DNA of 64,000 nucleotides from Psammoneis japonica. Lineage: Eukaryota. The notes beneath the pieces were generated by a model. It was not told the origin of the DNA. It did no database searches and was given only the letters and a program-made list of their open reading frames with translations. A program made the position numbers and the translations under genes. The stretch lies in NCBI GenBank assembly GCA_008632985.1, contig QPGO01000083.1, positions 99,075 through 163,074 of the forward strand, in the 5' to 3' direction. Shown here in pieces: positions 1 through 13,200 of the stretch; position 1 is the first letter of the stretch, and every line of letters starts with the position of its first letter.

Positions 1-1
1 A

Positions 2-412
2 TTTTCGAAGCCTTCCGTAAAGATTGATGACATCAGGGAGAGACTAACTCTCAAACACTCTGTAATTGCAGGCGACAGTAAAGAACTAAAAGAGGATCAG
101 AGAGTGATCTTTGAATGGATGAAAACCACGTTTCTCGAAGAGATGGCAGTCAAAGGCCTCTTGAATGAGTTTCTTCAATTCTGTACGGGCTACAGTTCAA
201 TCCCCTATCGTCAACCCAACGGTCGTGACCTCAAAATCGAGGTAGAATTTGATGATGAAATGGAATTGGCCGCAGGGTGGTATGTGAGGGTTCATTCTTG
301 CACTTGTCAGTTGCTTTTAGCGGCTTTGTTGAAAGAAGATGACATTGAACACCTTGAAAAAATTCTTCATGAATATGTCAAAACATTGTATGATCAGTTT
401 AACATGGCATGA
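2..412 (+). CDS. 3' end of a HECT-like E3 ubiquitin ligase (gene starts upstream of the window)
   Basis: Open frame from base 2. EFLQFCTGYSSIP ... VRVHSCTCQLLL ... LEKIL ... FNMA* resembles the HECT C-lobe (LLQFxTG...P..HTC, with catalytic Cys). Normal TpA and CpG content. Confidence 0.6.
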   Translation, partial: FSKPSVKIDDIRERLTLKHSVIAGDSKELKEDQRVIFEWMKTTFLEEMAVKGLLNEFLQFCTGYSSIPYRQPNGRDLKIEVEFDDEMELAAGWYVRVHSCTCQLLLAALLKEDDIEHLEKILHEYVKTLYDQFNMA

Positions 413-849
413 AGTTTTTTTTTCTCCAGCTCGCTTTGGAGTGCTTTTCATGTTTGGAATGTCAGAAGTCTTGCCAAATGACAGGGTGGTTCCCCAGTCC
501 TGGCGGCTGCGTGTACTGTACTTATCTAGTAAATAGAACCTATGGTATGAGAGTTTTCTTACTGGACCTAGTTCACGCACATTTTTCTCACCCTAACCAC
601 GTTCCTGAGATGAGCTAATAAACTTGCGAAATGACAGATTAGTTCCCCTGTGCTGGCGGTTGCGTGTAAATAAAATCCATGAAAACCTACCTATATGAGA
701 GTTTTCTGACTGGACAGCTTAGTTTACCGATCATTTTTCTTACCGCGAGTATTCTGAGATCACCGTTCAATTTTCTCACCACGAGTATCCTGAGATGAGC
801 TAATAAACACAAGCCAGTACCACAGAAACATGCGAGAAAACACGAAGAG

Positions 850-943
<94 letters not shown>

Positions 944-1615
944 TGGATAATCACAGGGTGGTTTCCCTGTACTGGTGGCTGCATACAATTTCTAAACGTC
1001 AGCGCACGTAGAAGTCCTTTGTGAGACAGGCGCTGTGCTGGTCTCCATTGGCACAACGGAGCTACCGGCAGTTTCAACCATGGCAGAGATACCATTGGTA
1101 CCAAAGAGACACTCTGCAGTGCCGGTACTTGGGAGTTATGGCGCCATCATGGTGACCTTCATCTTTGCCCCCCCCCCCCTCCGATTGCCCCGTCAAGTCA
1201 AGAAATTTTTTCTCCCACTAGCTGCATTCTTGAAAGAAGAGCACATTGAACACCTTGAAAAATTCTTCAAGAATATGTTGAAACATTGTATGATCAGTTC
1301 AACATGGCATGGAGTTTTCTTCCACTCGCTTTGGAATACTTTTCATGTTTATGCACTTGAATGTCAGAACTCTTGGAAAATGACAGGTAACCCTATGCTG
1401 GTGGCTGCCTGTTAGACTTACCTAAACCCATGGTTTCTATTTTTTTAAATCTTTTCCCGAAAAGATGTTCCTGTCATCAAGGTATCATAATGTGTGTCTA
1501 CGTAATATATATGAGAGTTTCTGACTAGACAGTTCAACCATCATTTTCCCACCACGATATCCTGAGATGAAATGAGCTAATAAAACACGAGCGAGTACCA
1601 CAGAAACGCGAAGAG
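317..1615 (+). repeat. Local partial duplications of the HECT gene 3' end and 3' flank
   Basis: About 1218-1410 re-copies about 317-510 (ttgaaagaaga..cattgaacaccttgaaaaaattctt..attgtatgatcagtt.aacatggcat). The unit atgagagttt..ctggac...ttttctcacc...cctgagatgagctaataaac recurs at about 548, 695-810 and 1511-1610. Confidence 0.75.
850..939 (+). repeat. 90-nt poly(A) tract
   Basis: Uninterrupted A run between two of the local repeat units. Confidence 0.95.
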
Positions 1616-4600
1616 CAAAAAATAGTCAGGATTCATTTGAGAAGCTTTTCATACGCAATTGCATGATAACACAGCAACAGATAAATAAAGTCAGCTAATG
1701 GTGCAGCAAGAAAGGCAATTTAGGCAAATCGATGTGAAATTAGAGTTGATTACAGATGAGAGATGCCGGTGTTTACCTTCGTTATGGAAAATCTAATGTC
1801 TTGATTGAAAAAAGGTATTGTGTCAAAGCCTATGATAAGGATAAGATAAAGTGTCGCAATTCTTTTTCTGATATTTGCTTTGAGTTGGCAAGAGAGGCTA
1901 TCAGCCAGGAGAAATGATGTGAAAGTACAGTTGATCACCCAAACATCATGAAAATATATCTTGATTGTCTATAACATGGTTTCTATTGAATTATTCTATC
2001 TCTTGTAATCAATCACTTTACGGTACTTTCGTTAAAATGAAAATCTATTGTCTTGATTTTCTATAACATGGTTTCTTCCTATTTGAAATTATAGATTATA
2101 TTTATATATTTGATCTCTTGTGAATAGATTGTTTTATTTGATCTCATGTGTAATCACATATATTTTTTGTCCTCGTCTCTCTACAAAATACACAGCTCGA
2201 AGACCCGTCGTACTCGTGGCGGAGGGGTGTAGTTTCGGGGTATAAAAACGCGCGAACGCCCCTCCAAAAAAAAAAACAACCAACAAATCGGCTGCTATCT
2301 GCAAGTTTTCATATGAAAACAGACTCATCATCGTCCATGATGGCAGAAAACATCAGAATATCGAACAACAACGGCAACCAACAATCAACAACGAAAGTCA
2401 ATAAGAGATGTTAAAAAAAACGTTACTGGTGAGCTATCAAGATGTGTTCATGAAAGAAAGAAAGGCGAAAACGATTGACTGCAACTTCATACCTTATCAG
2501 AAAAACACGTCATATGGTTACTGAAACCTTAGCTATGGATACAACAGTAACATAAAATATTAATCACGTTATTGTAAATCGACTAGGATTGTAGAACAGT
2601 GATTGATGTGCGTAGGTCACAGAGGAGCCGCGACGGGTCTAACTCGTTCGTAGAAAAATCTTGAGACGAGAAATGACAAGGTAATCTACTTTAAACCTTC
2701 TATTACTTATGCGAACAATCAGCTTTTTATTCCTCATATTAAACAGTGCAGAAACCACAGTGATAATGGAAACCCGACTGGACTGTTCAAATAGGTTCTT
2801 ACATATAAATCTTAGAAAAATATGGGAGGAACATAATCTGGTAATTTTGAAAGAAAGGAGTACTTTGCCAAAAGGCCTAAGGACTTTTGCCGGATGTGCT
2901 GGGCCGAGGAGTGATAGCACTAAAATAATTGAATTTTTCCCTGTAATTCATTGCGGCGAGGTCGGAATGTTCGTCGCCTAAGACTGCTTGACGAATCTCA
3001 AGAGCCTTGCGACACTCCACAAAGACTTACTCTTACCTGAAGTGATGGGATGATTTTTACTAAAAAGGCTTCAAGAGTGTTAAGAGCCTTGCAAACTTGC
3101 CCAGATCAGCTAGAATGGAACCCAATTTGTCGTAGTGATTGATTGGCTTCTGAACCCCAAATAGCATTTCAATTGACATCTCGAAAAGTCATTAGCCCCA
3201 ATCACTCACTGTTGCGGGATTTTCGAAAGATTCTCATTCACCCCACCTCGACAACCGCATAGGGAAAAATATTTGCGTTTGTCCACTCTAAATAATGCAC
3301 ACACTGTTACTATTTGCATGTCGCATTGATTTCAGTTTGCTCATCTTAGGATCTTTTGCAAACACATTACATCTCTTGTGTCTTGCTGATTTAAATGTTT
3401 TGCTCATCTTGTTAAACATTTTCAATGAATATTTGCACGTAGCATTGATTTGAAGACTTTGTTCAGCTTAAGACCTTTTGCAAAATTTCGCCTTAAACTT
3501 TAAACCCTGGCAACTTTTTGACTAAGTCCGGATTGTTCGTGTAAGCGACGAAGAACCATCCAAGCACACAACAAAGACTTGGCTGTTCGAGATGGAGAAT
3601 TCATCAAAACATCGTAGAAGCCGAATAGAACTTAGTTGTTAGCAAGAACCAAATGGCTCGGTTGCTGAAACTACGTCATACGCTGGCAGTGGTTGTCGCA
3701 CAGACGTTTGGGTCACCTGGAGGTGGGGTGATTCCACGCGTGCGCCGATTCTACCACTGCAACTTCTTTCAGGTAAGCTGCCCTCATCAGTTCAGGCACT
3801 TTTCATGTTAGACGTAAAACCTGAGAAAATGTTCTTTATGTTTGCAGCCAAATTCCTTACCTCCACAGTCTTCGACATTGCCTGTCTCCAAAGAAAGATT
3901 GAGTGTGAGGGACCCATGTCCCTCACCGAATCTTCGGTTGCCCTTGCAGCGTTTTTGTTGGTTTTTTCATCATCAAACTCTTTTGCTTTTCCTCATGTTT
4001 GTGTATTATCACCAGCAAACTTTGGTCCTCTTCAGGTTCTTCCTGTTCTTGTGTATCTTTGCGAGGGCGTCTGACGCTGATCCTGTCATGCAGCTCAGGG
4101 CCGTGTGTCTTGCCACGTGCTCTGCGTTTTCTCATAAAACTGCAAGCAAAAAAGCCGCTTTAGGTTGTTTAAAAGCGATTTCAAGAGACTTGCGATTCTC
4201 CACTTGTTGGCAATACGAACAAACTCTAGACACATCCACAGTCTGTTGCGTCATTCGTCTAGAGTTTCTTGACTCAACAATTGTTGGACTGCCCTTGTCG
4301 GAACAGCTCCGGGCTGCCAGAACAAAGGCAAGGACACCCAGGCTGAGAATTCCTCTGCTCCACCATGTGATCGTGATGTTCACAGAGAACAAATTTGCGT
4401 TTGTTCTCTCCTCCGGAAATGCACACACTGTGTCCTTTGCATGCTTGCTGATTCAAAGGATTTTCATCTTAACCCTTTCAATGGACCGCTTTGCATGCAG
4501 CATTGTTTGAAGAGTTTGCTCATCTTAGGACCTTTTGCAAAATACACGCGTGTTTGTGTTTTCACGGCTTTCAACCCTGGCAAAAGATCCTTCAGAATCG

Positions 4601-4894
4601 GCTGGTTCTTGGGGAAACTTTGTGGGTCTGCTTCTGGGTTAAATTCTGTCCCCACCACCTCCTGTGTGATGTCCCCGATGTCGGTGAGTCGGGTGCACCC
4701 TCCTGCCCGACCTGCGCTCGTTCTGTGTGGAGCTGTCTGATGGGAATTTCTGGAGGCTTTTTGTTGTGACACCCACGTGGACAAACAAGAGTCCGACAAT
4801 TTCAACACCCACACCAAGATGTTTGGTGCCTGCCTTCCCAACCGTCATTTTCAAATTTTTGTTGGCCGCAACAAAGACGCTCAGAGCTTAACCG

Positions 4895-5302
4895 GATTCA
4901 CCAGGCAAAATTGGCAAAAGTCGGGTATGGCAAAAAGTGTGCATTTGGTCGAAATTGATCATTGAGTGCAAAGGTGGTATCTTTAGGGTCCCTTTAGTGA
5001 GCCGAACACGCACATTTCTCATTTGACCATCATAGGTCCGTCTCATGGGGGGTGTCAAAACGTCGTGCTTTGACGCGTCTCGAGGATTAATCGTTATATA
5101 ATATATTCAGCTGTTAAGGTTATATAAAATTGAAAATTCACACATTAAAGCACGACATTTTGACACCCCCCGAAGACGACCTGTGATGGTCACCCAGATG
5201 AGAAATGTGCGTGTTCGGGGACCCTAAAGATGCCACCATTTGCACTCAACAATCGATTTCGACCAAATGCACACTTTTTGCCCGAGTGTTGCCTGGTGAA
5301 TC
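4895..5302. repeat. Imperfect inverted repeat (arms about 4895-5078 and 5140-5302) around an AT-rich spacer
   Basis: gattcaccaggcaa...gcaaaaagtgtgcatttggtcgaaat...ccgaacacgcacatttctcat...ggggggtgtcaaaacgtcgtgcttt is matched by its reverse complement downstream. Confidence 0.85.
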
Positions 5303-6082
5303 GATGGATGCGGTGTCAATTGAAAAAATGCGATGGCAAGTCCTTCTTTTCCCACCGTGGCTGCAACACTTGTGCCGACACGCACCACTCTGCTCTTCAT
5401 GTGCTCATGTCGTGACTCTTGTCATTTTGGTGTGCTTGCAGCTGCTCATTGAAGAGTGCATCGCCCAAATTTTCTGACCTTGCTTTCTGTTGTTGTTCTG
5501 TTCTTGTTCGACGTTCAGCAACTCGCAACGCGCAGAGATGCAATTGCCGTGTTGCTGGAATCATCGTGTCATTGAATATGCATTTCTACCTGCAAATTGT
5601 GCCGCACCACTCTGTTTTTTTGTTTTTTTTTTTTTTTTTTTTTTTTTTTCTTTTTTTTTTTTGTTCGACGTTCAGCAACTCGCAACGCGCAGAGAAATGC
5701 AGCACTTCACAATCAATTGTGTGCTGCACCAGTGAGCCCTCTCTGTTTTTTTCGGCCTTGCTTTGACTGCTTGCTCAGCATTCGTTGTTTCTCTGCTTCT
5801 GCATCACAGACCTGTTCTTTTTTGGCGTTGCTGCAGCATCACGCCAGCTGGACAGCTCTGCTGCTGTCATGGGCAAAAAAGCTTCTTTTGTGCTGTTCTG
5901 CATCCCTCCAACCTTCTTTGGTTGCTGCTCAAGATTTTTGCTTTTTCAAGATGTCCACCTCTGATCCAGCGCCAATTGCAGAGGCACCGTCAAAGGTCCA
6001 GGCTGGTGATGGCTGTTTTTTGGTGGTGGGCTGCTGGGTTTGGGTTCCGGTGTTGATTTGGCGCTGACATCAATGGACAACC

Positions 6083-7550
6083 CTGCTGTTGGAGATGTGA
6101 ATTTTTGTTTCTTGCCAAGGAAGAGGTCTGCAGTTGCAGCCTCTTTTGATCAGGTTGTGCTCCCTGTTGGGGGGGGGGACTGACATGTCTTCTGGCTCTG
6201 CTGTTGGTGATTTCCTGCCTTTTGGTGCAATGCTGTTGCTGCTCACATGGGCCATGATGTGGAGAAGGAGGCCACCAAGCCTTGGCATTCCAAGGGTTTG
6301 GCAGTGAAGTGGGCAGGAACAAAGCTTGCAGACAATGTGACGGTGGTGGGCTCTTGTTGTTGCGATCACTCTTGGCTGCTGCTTTCTGTTGTGACGAAGG
6401 ACGAAGGACCATCTTTGGATGCCCAGGGTGTCATGCATGAGTTGTGACGTGATGAATCCAAGTGCGCCAAAGCAGAGCAGATGTTCTCTGAAGATGGGTT
6501 GTTGCTTGATCATTGGAAATCATGCTCTGTGGCTCATTTTGTTTTTCCAGACTTGGACAATGACCAACGGTGCAGCACCTCTCGCACCTCCATGCCTCAC
6601 TGTCAAGTGCAGTGCTCCGAGCTTTTTTTTAAGTGATGATGTTCGAGGTGGGCGCGGCACTCCTGGATGAGCCAGCCAGCTTCAACGCACACTCCAAAGG
6701 TGAGTGTGGCATCATGTGATGATGTGATGTTGCATGATGGCACCACATGATCTGTCGCACCCTCCAACAGCGCTCTGCTCTTGTTTGCTCTTTGTTTGTT
6801 TTGCACAGACTGCTGTTGGAGATGTGAATTTTTGTTTCTTGCCAAGGAAGAGGTCTGCAGTTGCAGCCTCTTTTGATCAGGTTGTGCTCCCTGTTGGGGG
6901 AGGGGGGGACTGACATGTCTTCTGGCTCTGCTGTTGGTGATTTCCTGCCTTTTGGTGCAGTGCTGTTGCTGCTCACATGGGCCATGATGTGGAGAAGGAG
7001 GCCACCAAGCCTTGGCATTCCAAGGGTTTGGCAGCGAAGTGGGCAGGAACAAAGCTTGCAGACAATGTGACGGTGGTGGGCTCTTGTTGTTGCGATCACT
7101 CTTGGCTGCTGCTTTCTGTTATGACGAAGGACGAAGGACCCATCTTTGGATGCCCAGGGTGTCATGCATGAGTTGTGACGTGATGAATCCAAGTGCGCCA
7201 AAGCAGAGCAGATGTGCTCTGAAGACGGGTTGTTGCTTGATCATTGGAAATCATGCTCTGTGGCTCATTTTGTTTTTCCAGACTTGGACAATGACCAACG
7301 GTGCAGCACCTCTCGCACCTCCATGCCTCACTGTCAAGTGCAGTGCTCCGAGCTTTTTTTTTTAAGTGATGATGTTCGAGGTGGGCGCGGCACTCCTGGA
7401 TGAGCCAACCAGCTTCAACGCACACTCCAAAGGTGAGTGTGGCATCATGTGATGATGTGATGTTGCATGATGGCACCACATGATGACATGATCTGTCGCA
7501 CCCTCCAACAGCGCTCTGCTCTTGTTTGCTCTTTGTTTGTTTTGCACAGA
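6083..7550 (+). repeat. Tandem duplication of a ~730-bp unit (6083-6809 and 6810-7550)
   Basis: Both copies begin ctgctgttggagatgtgaatttttg and end ...tttgttttgcacaga. They are near-identical. Confidence 0.95.
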
Positions 7551-10500
7551 CTGACGTCACTCCAATGGGTTCTTGCAAGTCAACGATGACTGCTCTTTGC
7601 CAAGCGCACGGGGTTTCAAAAGATCGTGGACCTTGTTTTTGGGCTGGGAACGGCAGACACCTCCAGTCGTCACCAGGTCATGTCGCTGGGTGTTGGGTGC
7701 ACCAGCAGAAGCTGTGCGTCTCAAGCTGGCAGTGAGTGCAGCACTGCATGTCCGTTGGTTGAGCCGGGTGCTGGCCACCCTGCTGCCCAGGCTCCAAGTC
7801 TTGCAACTGCAATTTTGTTCCTGATGGTGGGTCTGCTTTTTCTCACTGAGACGAGTCCCATCCAATGGCCCAGCACTCCAATGACTTGTTTCCTGGTTGT
7901 GTCTTTGCCGCTGCTCACTTTGGTCTCACCAACAAAGACAACCCTCTTGAGACTCACACCAACAAGCACAACCCAAATTGCTTTGATCCTGTGCAGTGCA
8001 ATCATGCCATCAAACTCTTTCTTTGTCTGGAGCAGTGGCAGTCGAAGGGAAGAGGACATGCCTTGTTTGTTTGGGGTGCAGTTGCTGAAGCCTGTTTTTG
8101 GCCAAATCCAAGACCCATCTTCATCAAGGCTGCATTGGCTGTGTTTGTCAAAAGTGCATGGAGTTGGGCAAGTTCCACCATCATCTTGATCATGAAGTGT
8201 TGTCGTGTGCATGGGGTCCCCGTGTGTTGAATGTGTGCCTGGCTTTGATTGCAGAAAAGTGCCGCACAATTTTGATCCCCATGGCTGCACCACATCCACC
8301 ATCTTGCACATCTTGAAGGCCTGAAAAGCACCGAAGCTGATCCACCCAGAAAAGACAGCACTGACAAAGGCCGCGGGTTGCATCCCCAACAGCACTTGTC
8401 ATTTCTGTGCCGCCACACACTGTGTCCCACAAGAGCCATCATTGAACAAGGCCTGTCGTCATGGTGTTCATCTTGGACATCTTGTTTTGCACTTGATGGT
8501 GGCCATCGACAAGAAGATCAGGAGCTGGGTTGCCCCCAGCACCCCATTGCTGCAGCCAGCACAAGCATCTCCCAAGACTCTGATGTTCCCAGAGCATTGT
8601 GAGTCATGCGCATGCTTGTTGAAAGCATCGGTGTGCTGTCCCACCAACAAGTCCATGCCCAAATCAGCTGCGTCTGGGAAGAAAGCTTTTTCAACACTTG
8701 CTCCTGCTGTCATCAAGGAATTTGATCAAGTCAGTGACCTTGGAGCAGCGCACTTGTTGCTTGGCATTCACGGCATGGTTTGCAGCTTCCCCAAGTGTTG
8801 CATGACCAAGATCAATGCAGATGAGTGGAGACCAATCCAGCGGCTCCACGAAAAATGCAAGGTTCCCACACCCGGTTTTGCAAAAAGTGGTTTGGATGTG
8901 TGGTTGACTGTTGCCTCTCCTGCCACAGGCTTTGCATTGCTTGGGTTGACAATGAGTTGACACTCCTGTGGCGGATGACATGCGTCAACCGTTGCGTGCG
9001 CGCTTCGCTGACCCGGCCCGGGTGTGCAAAGCGGGCCAAGTGATTTGGATTCAATTTGATCAGTTTTTGTTTCAACAAACCAATGGCTTTAATTGTGGCA
9101 TTCTGTGCAACAGGTTTCCTGTTCACCAGCTTCTTTAGGTCACGGCAATGCATGTCAAGCATGGGGGTTGAGTTGCTGCTTTCATCTTCGTCTTTGTCTC
9201 AGTTGTCAGCCCAATCTGAAGTGAGCGCTTTCTGGCTCATGATTGTGCTGTCTTCATTGCTCGATGGCTCATTGTCATGTGTGGACACACGGGGCAATTG
9301 AAGCACAGTGGAAGAGGTGAGTTCTTGACTTCATCAAATGAGTCCATTGTCAAACTGTCCTCATGACAAAGCTTGCTCAACTCAGGACATTGCGAAGGCA
9401 GGGTGTGGTCATGGCACAGGCAACCCTGTGTGCAGGTCTTGCTGTGGATGCATTTTTGAAAAGATCTGCAATGTTGCTTTTGTTGGTGTTTCAATAAGGC
9501 CAACTGCCACTGCACTGACCAAGAAAGGTGCCAAACAAAAGAAAAAACTGCGTGCAAGCTTTGAAAATGTGAGTGCTCACCAGCATCATGAGAGCATTTG
9601 GCCCAAGCCTGGGACACCCAGCATTTCACCTGCTTCTGCATGCATTCTCAGCACTGTTTCTTTCCATCAATGTGATGAAGATGATGATGACAAGAGATGG
9701 TGGCACCAAAAAATGCAACCCCACACATTGCAGCCATCAAGACCAAAACAAAGCACTTTTGCCATGAAGCAAGTTTGGCACCAGTCACAAACACAAGAGC
9801 CAAAAAGAGAGGCACATTCTCTGCCTGGGTGCAAAAACTTTTCATGGCCAAAGATCCAATCCACCTGCACAAAAGACATTGGGGTTTCTTTGTTTGCTTT
9901 CACATGCTTGGCTGTTCTCCATGAGATTGGACACACCAGTGTGCCAGGTTCTGCCACTTGCTCCAGCTGGGTGCTTTCTGTGGCACCACTGTTCCAGCTT
10001 TTGAACTTCAGCAGCTTCAAATTTGGCATTCGAGCCAAACACATCATAGCCAATGGTGGCATTTGCACCAGCAGTGCTCTGCTTGCACTGCTCTGTGATG
10101 CATGCAATTTTTGGGTTGTTTTGAGATGCTGGTGACTTGGCAGAAATTGTCATCTGTTGGTGACTGTCATTCTAACTCAGTTCAGGACCTGCCGGAACCC
10201 ACTGCCTTTGGCCCTGTGACTTTTGCAGCAACCCACAACCTTGGGTCCTGCAAGTTTGCAACCTGCAACCTTGGTTCTGCAGCTCAACACCCACAGCCTT
10301 TGGGGGTCCAGCAACTTTTGCAAACCCACCTTGTTGGGTCCTGTCTGGGACTTTTACAAAGACCTGCCACCTTGGGTCCTGCCACCCACAACCCAAATGA
10401 CCCCACAGGAGGCTCAGCACTGATGTTGTGTGTTGGAAAATTGGGGTGCAAGGTGGTTTTTGCAAAACACACAGATGACATTGCAGTGGATGATTTGCTG

Positions 10501-11458
10501 ACAGCTGTCAATGACACATTTTGGCAGCCAATGATGAGATGCAGATCTTGTGCTTGCTTTTTGGCTTTTGCACCCTGGCTGCTGACATGGCAGCAACAGT
10601 GGCAACAGAAACATGTTTGCACTCCATGCCTCAAGTTTGGGGTTTGGTGAGACCAAGTGAGTGTCAGCTGGTGAGCTGCAAAATTCCAACAACAAGAGAG
10701 AGCAGCTCATCACAGACACCCACATCACAGCATGGTGAAGCTCCAATGGCCTCCCAACCAACAGAATGGTCAGCCTGCTGGCAGAGCTCAATTGCCCATC
10801 TTCTCTGAACTGAGCCACTGGAGGCAACCCATGGTGTTTGGTGCCCTGGCATTTGGCACCCTCACATTTGCCTTCTCATGTTTGATGCTGTCATGTTTTG
10901 CATGTTTGGCAACCTCATGGTTTTTGCAAATGGCATGGAAGCCTCTGTGCACACTGCCCAGAACATGGCACCATAAATTGCAAGCACTGGTTGCTGCTTC
11001 AGGTGCTTCTGCTGTCATGACAGCACTGTCCTCACTGTGTGTTGATGCCTCATTTTAATCTCTTAGAAATGCACAGATGTCTTTGCCAAGCTGATTTGTT
11101 GAGCCAAGTTTCCTCAGGTCTGTGGCTGCACACACATCCCAACAAGGGGCAAGTCAAGGGATGCACTGTGGCCACCCACCATGCTCCACTCAAAGAAGAC
11201 ATTTATCTCAATTGTGGCTGCCCATCACAACCCACCACTCAAAGACACACATCTCTGTCACCATCAAAAGGAGCCTGTCACCACTGTCACTTTTGTTTGA
11301 CCTCTCCTTCCTCTGCCTGCAGCGATGACGCAAAAATTGCCCATGGCACTGTCTCCCAAATGCAAGCAAGAGGAACCATTGCAAAGGTGTGCAGCTCCAC
11401 CCTTGCATCTGCCATTTGCCAGCAAAAGAAGGCCATGTTGTGGAAGTGGCAATGCAAG

Positions 11459-11620
11459 CAACAACGACATAAGAGATGTGGTGTGTTGGCACCTTGTTGG
11501 GGAACTCTTGCACAACAACGACGTGAGAGATGTGGTGTGTTGGCACCTTGTTGGGGAACTCTTGCACAACAACGACACAAGAGATGTGGTGTGTTGGCAC
11601 CTTGTTGGGGAACTCTTGCA
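11459..11620 (+). repeat. Three tandem copies of a 54-bp unit
   Basis: caacaacgacNNNagagatgtggtgtgttggcaccttgttggggaactcttgca x3. The only variable segment is ATA/GTG/ACA. Confidence 0.95.
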
Positions 11621-12239
11621 TTGTCAAAGTTGTGCAAAGTTGTTTCACACGTGCAGTGTCATGGTTTTTGATTCTGCACCATTGGCCGTGTTGTTTGTGC
11701 TTTGGCTGTGGATCATCTTGGATGGAGTTCTGGTCGTGCGACACACAGCCTGCATGTCGCAGGGAGATTCATTTGGGCAACCTCTCACCGGCTCAACAAG
11801 TCCCATCCCCACCTGCACGAAGTCCCCCCATGTCCATGCGCAGGGTGCATCCTGCCCAACCACCCCACAAACAGCTCCCCCAAGTGTCTGATGGAATCTT
11901 GCTTTGAAGACTCGCATCTCCAAACACTGTCAGCTCAAACCAAAGAAGAACACAAGCATCAGCCATGGACAGCTTCGGCTCATCGTTGGCAAGTTTGCAC
12001 GTGCCCCTCCCCGGTTTTGCCAAGAGAAAGCAGTGGTTCCTCATCTTTGTTTCTTTTTTTTCAGGCAGTGAGGTTGCTTGGCATTGCTGCCATTTCTGAC
12101 AGTGTTCAGGAGGCTTTGTTGCTGTTTCTGCTGCTCAACAACATGTTTGGCTTCCCGCTTCATCAAGCAACAATCTGCATCAGTTGCTCCAGAGCTCTCT
12201 TGATGGCCTCCTTGTGCAGTTTCCAAAGCTCTGCATGAT

Positions 12240-13200
12240 GCATGGCATCACAATCGGCCCCAGAAGCAATCCCTCTCAATCAAAGGTTGACCTCATGCCT
12301 TGCTGCAAGAAGAGCCAAACCGGTGCCACAATCAAGTTTTGCTCTCAGAAGTGTCCTCCCAACAACACAGGTCACCTTCTTCTTAAATGTGATGTGCAAA
12401 ACACACATGACACCCAGGGCATCCAACATCCAAAGACGGATCCTTTGCCACAACAGAAAGTTTCAGCCAAGAGCGACCGTGACAAAAAAATCAGACTTTG
12501 CTGCTGAACCCAAATTGGGGCACTGGAGTGCCAATGCTTGGCAGTCTCCTTCTCCACACTGGCAGCCTCCTTTTCAACATGGTCCACACAGGAGCAGCAA
12601 GAGAAGCAACAGCTTCTGATGCACCAAAGGCACAAAAGGAATTGCCAACAGCACAACCAGAAACACAGCAGTCTTCTTTCCAACAGGGAGCACCACCTGA
12701 TCATCAGAGACTGCAACTGCAGACCTCTTCCCAGGCAAAAAACAGAAATCCACATCTCTGGCAGCAGGGCTGTTGTCTGTCAACATGAGAACCAAATTAA
12801 CACAGGAACCCAAACCCAGCAACCCACCACCAAAACAGACATCATCTGCCTGGACCTTGGATGACACCTCTCCAATTGGTGCCAGATCAGAGGTTGACAT
12901 CTTGAAGGAGCAAAAATCTGGAGCAACAACCAAATCAGGACCAAGGGAGGCAGAATGGGATGGGCAAAGCTTGTTTGCTGCAATGGCAGCAGAACTGTCC
13001 AACTGGCAAGACATTGCTGTGATGCCAAAAAAAAAGAACTGGTCTGTGATGCACAAGCAGAGAAGCAATGAATGATCAGCAAATGGTGGCAGCAAGACTG
13101 AAAAAAAAAACACAGAGGACTTGCTGATGGAGCAAATGATTGATTGTAAAGTGCAGTGTTTTCCCTGCATCACGCATTGCTCAACGTCAAATGAGAACAG
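12240..13200 (-). repeat. Dispersed repeat: diverged inverted copy of about 5690-6430; 12240-12400 also matches about 22030-22220 in inverted orientation
   Basis: Shared translated text (MSTSDPAPIAEAPSKVQA vs MSTSDLAPIGEVSSKVQA; SKVDLMP..QKCPPNN..LLKCDVQN vs SKVDTMP..QKHPPND..LLKCDVQN) and shared nucleotide blocks. Confidence 0.8.

Noticed and set aside
760..1104. Poly-Lys / poly-Phe ORFs
   Set aside because: They are translations of the poly(A) tract.
3270..4700. Minus-strand decayed ORF with repeated FAKxxKMSKL-like motif
   Set aside because: The internal similarity (about 3270-3520 vs 4390-4600) is real, but it is broken by stops and no family could be assigned.
11459..11620. Possible CRISPR array
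   Set aside because: Units are directly abutting with no unique spacers, there are no cas genes, and the context is eukaryotic.
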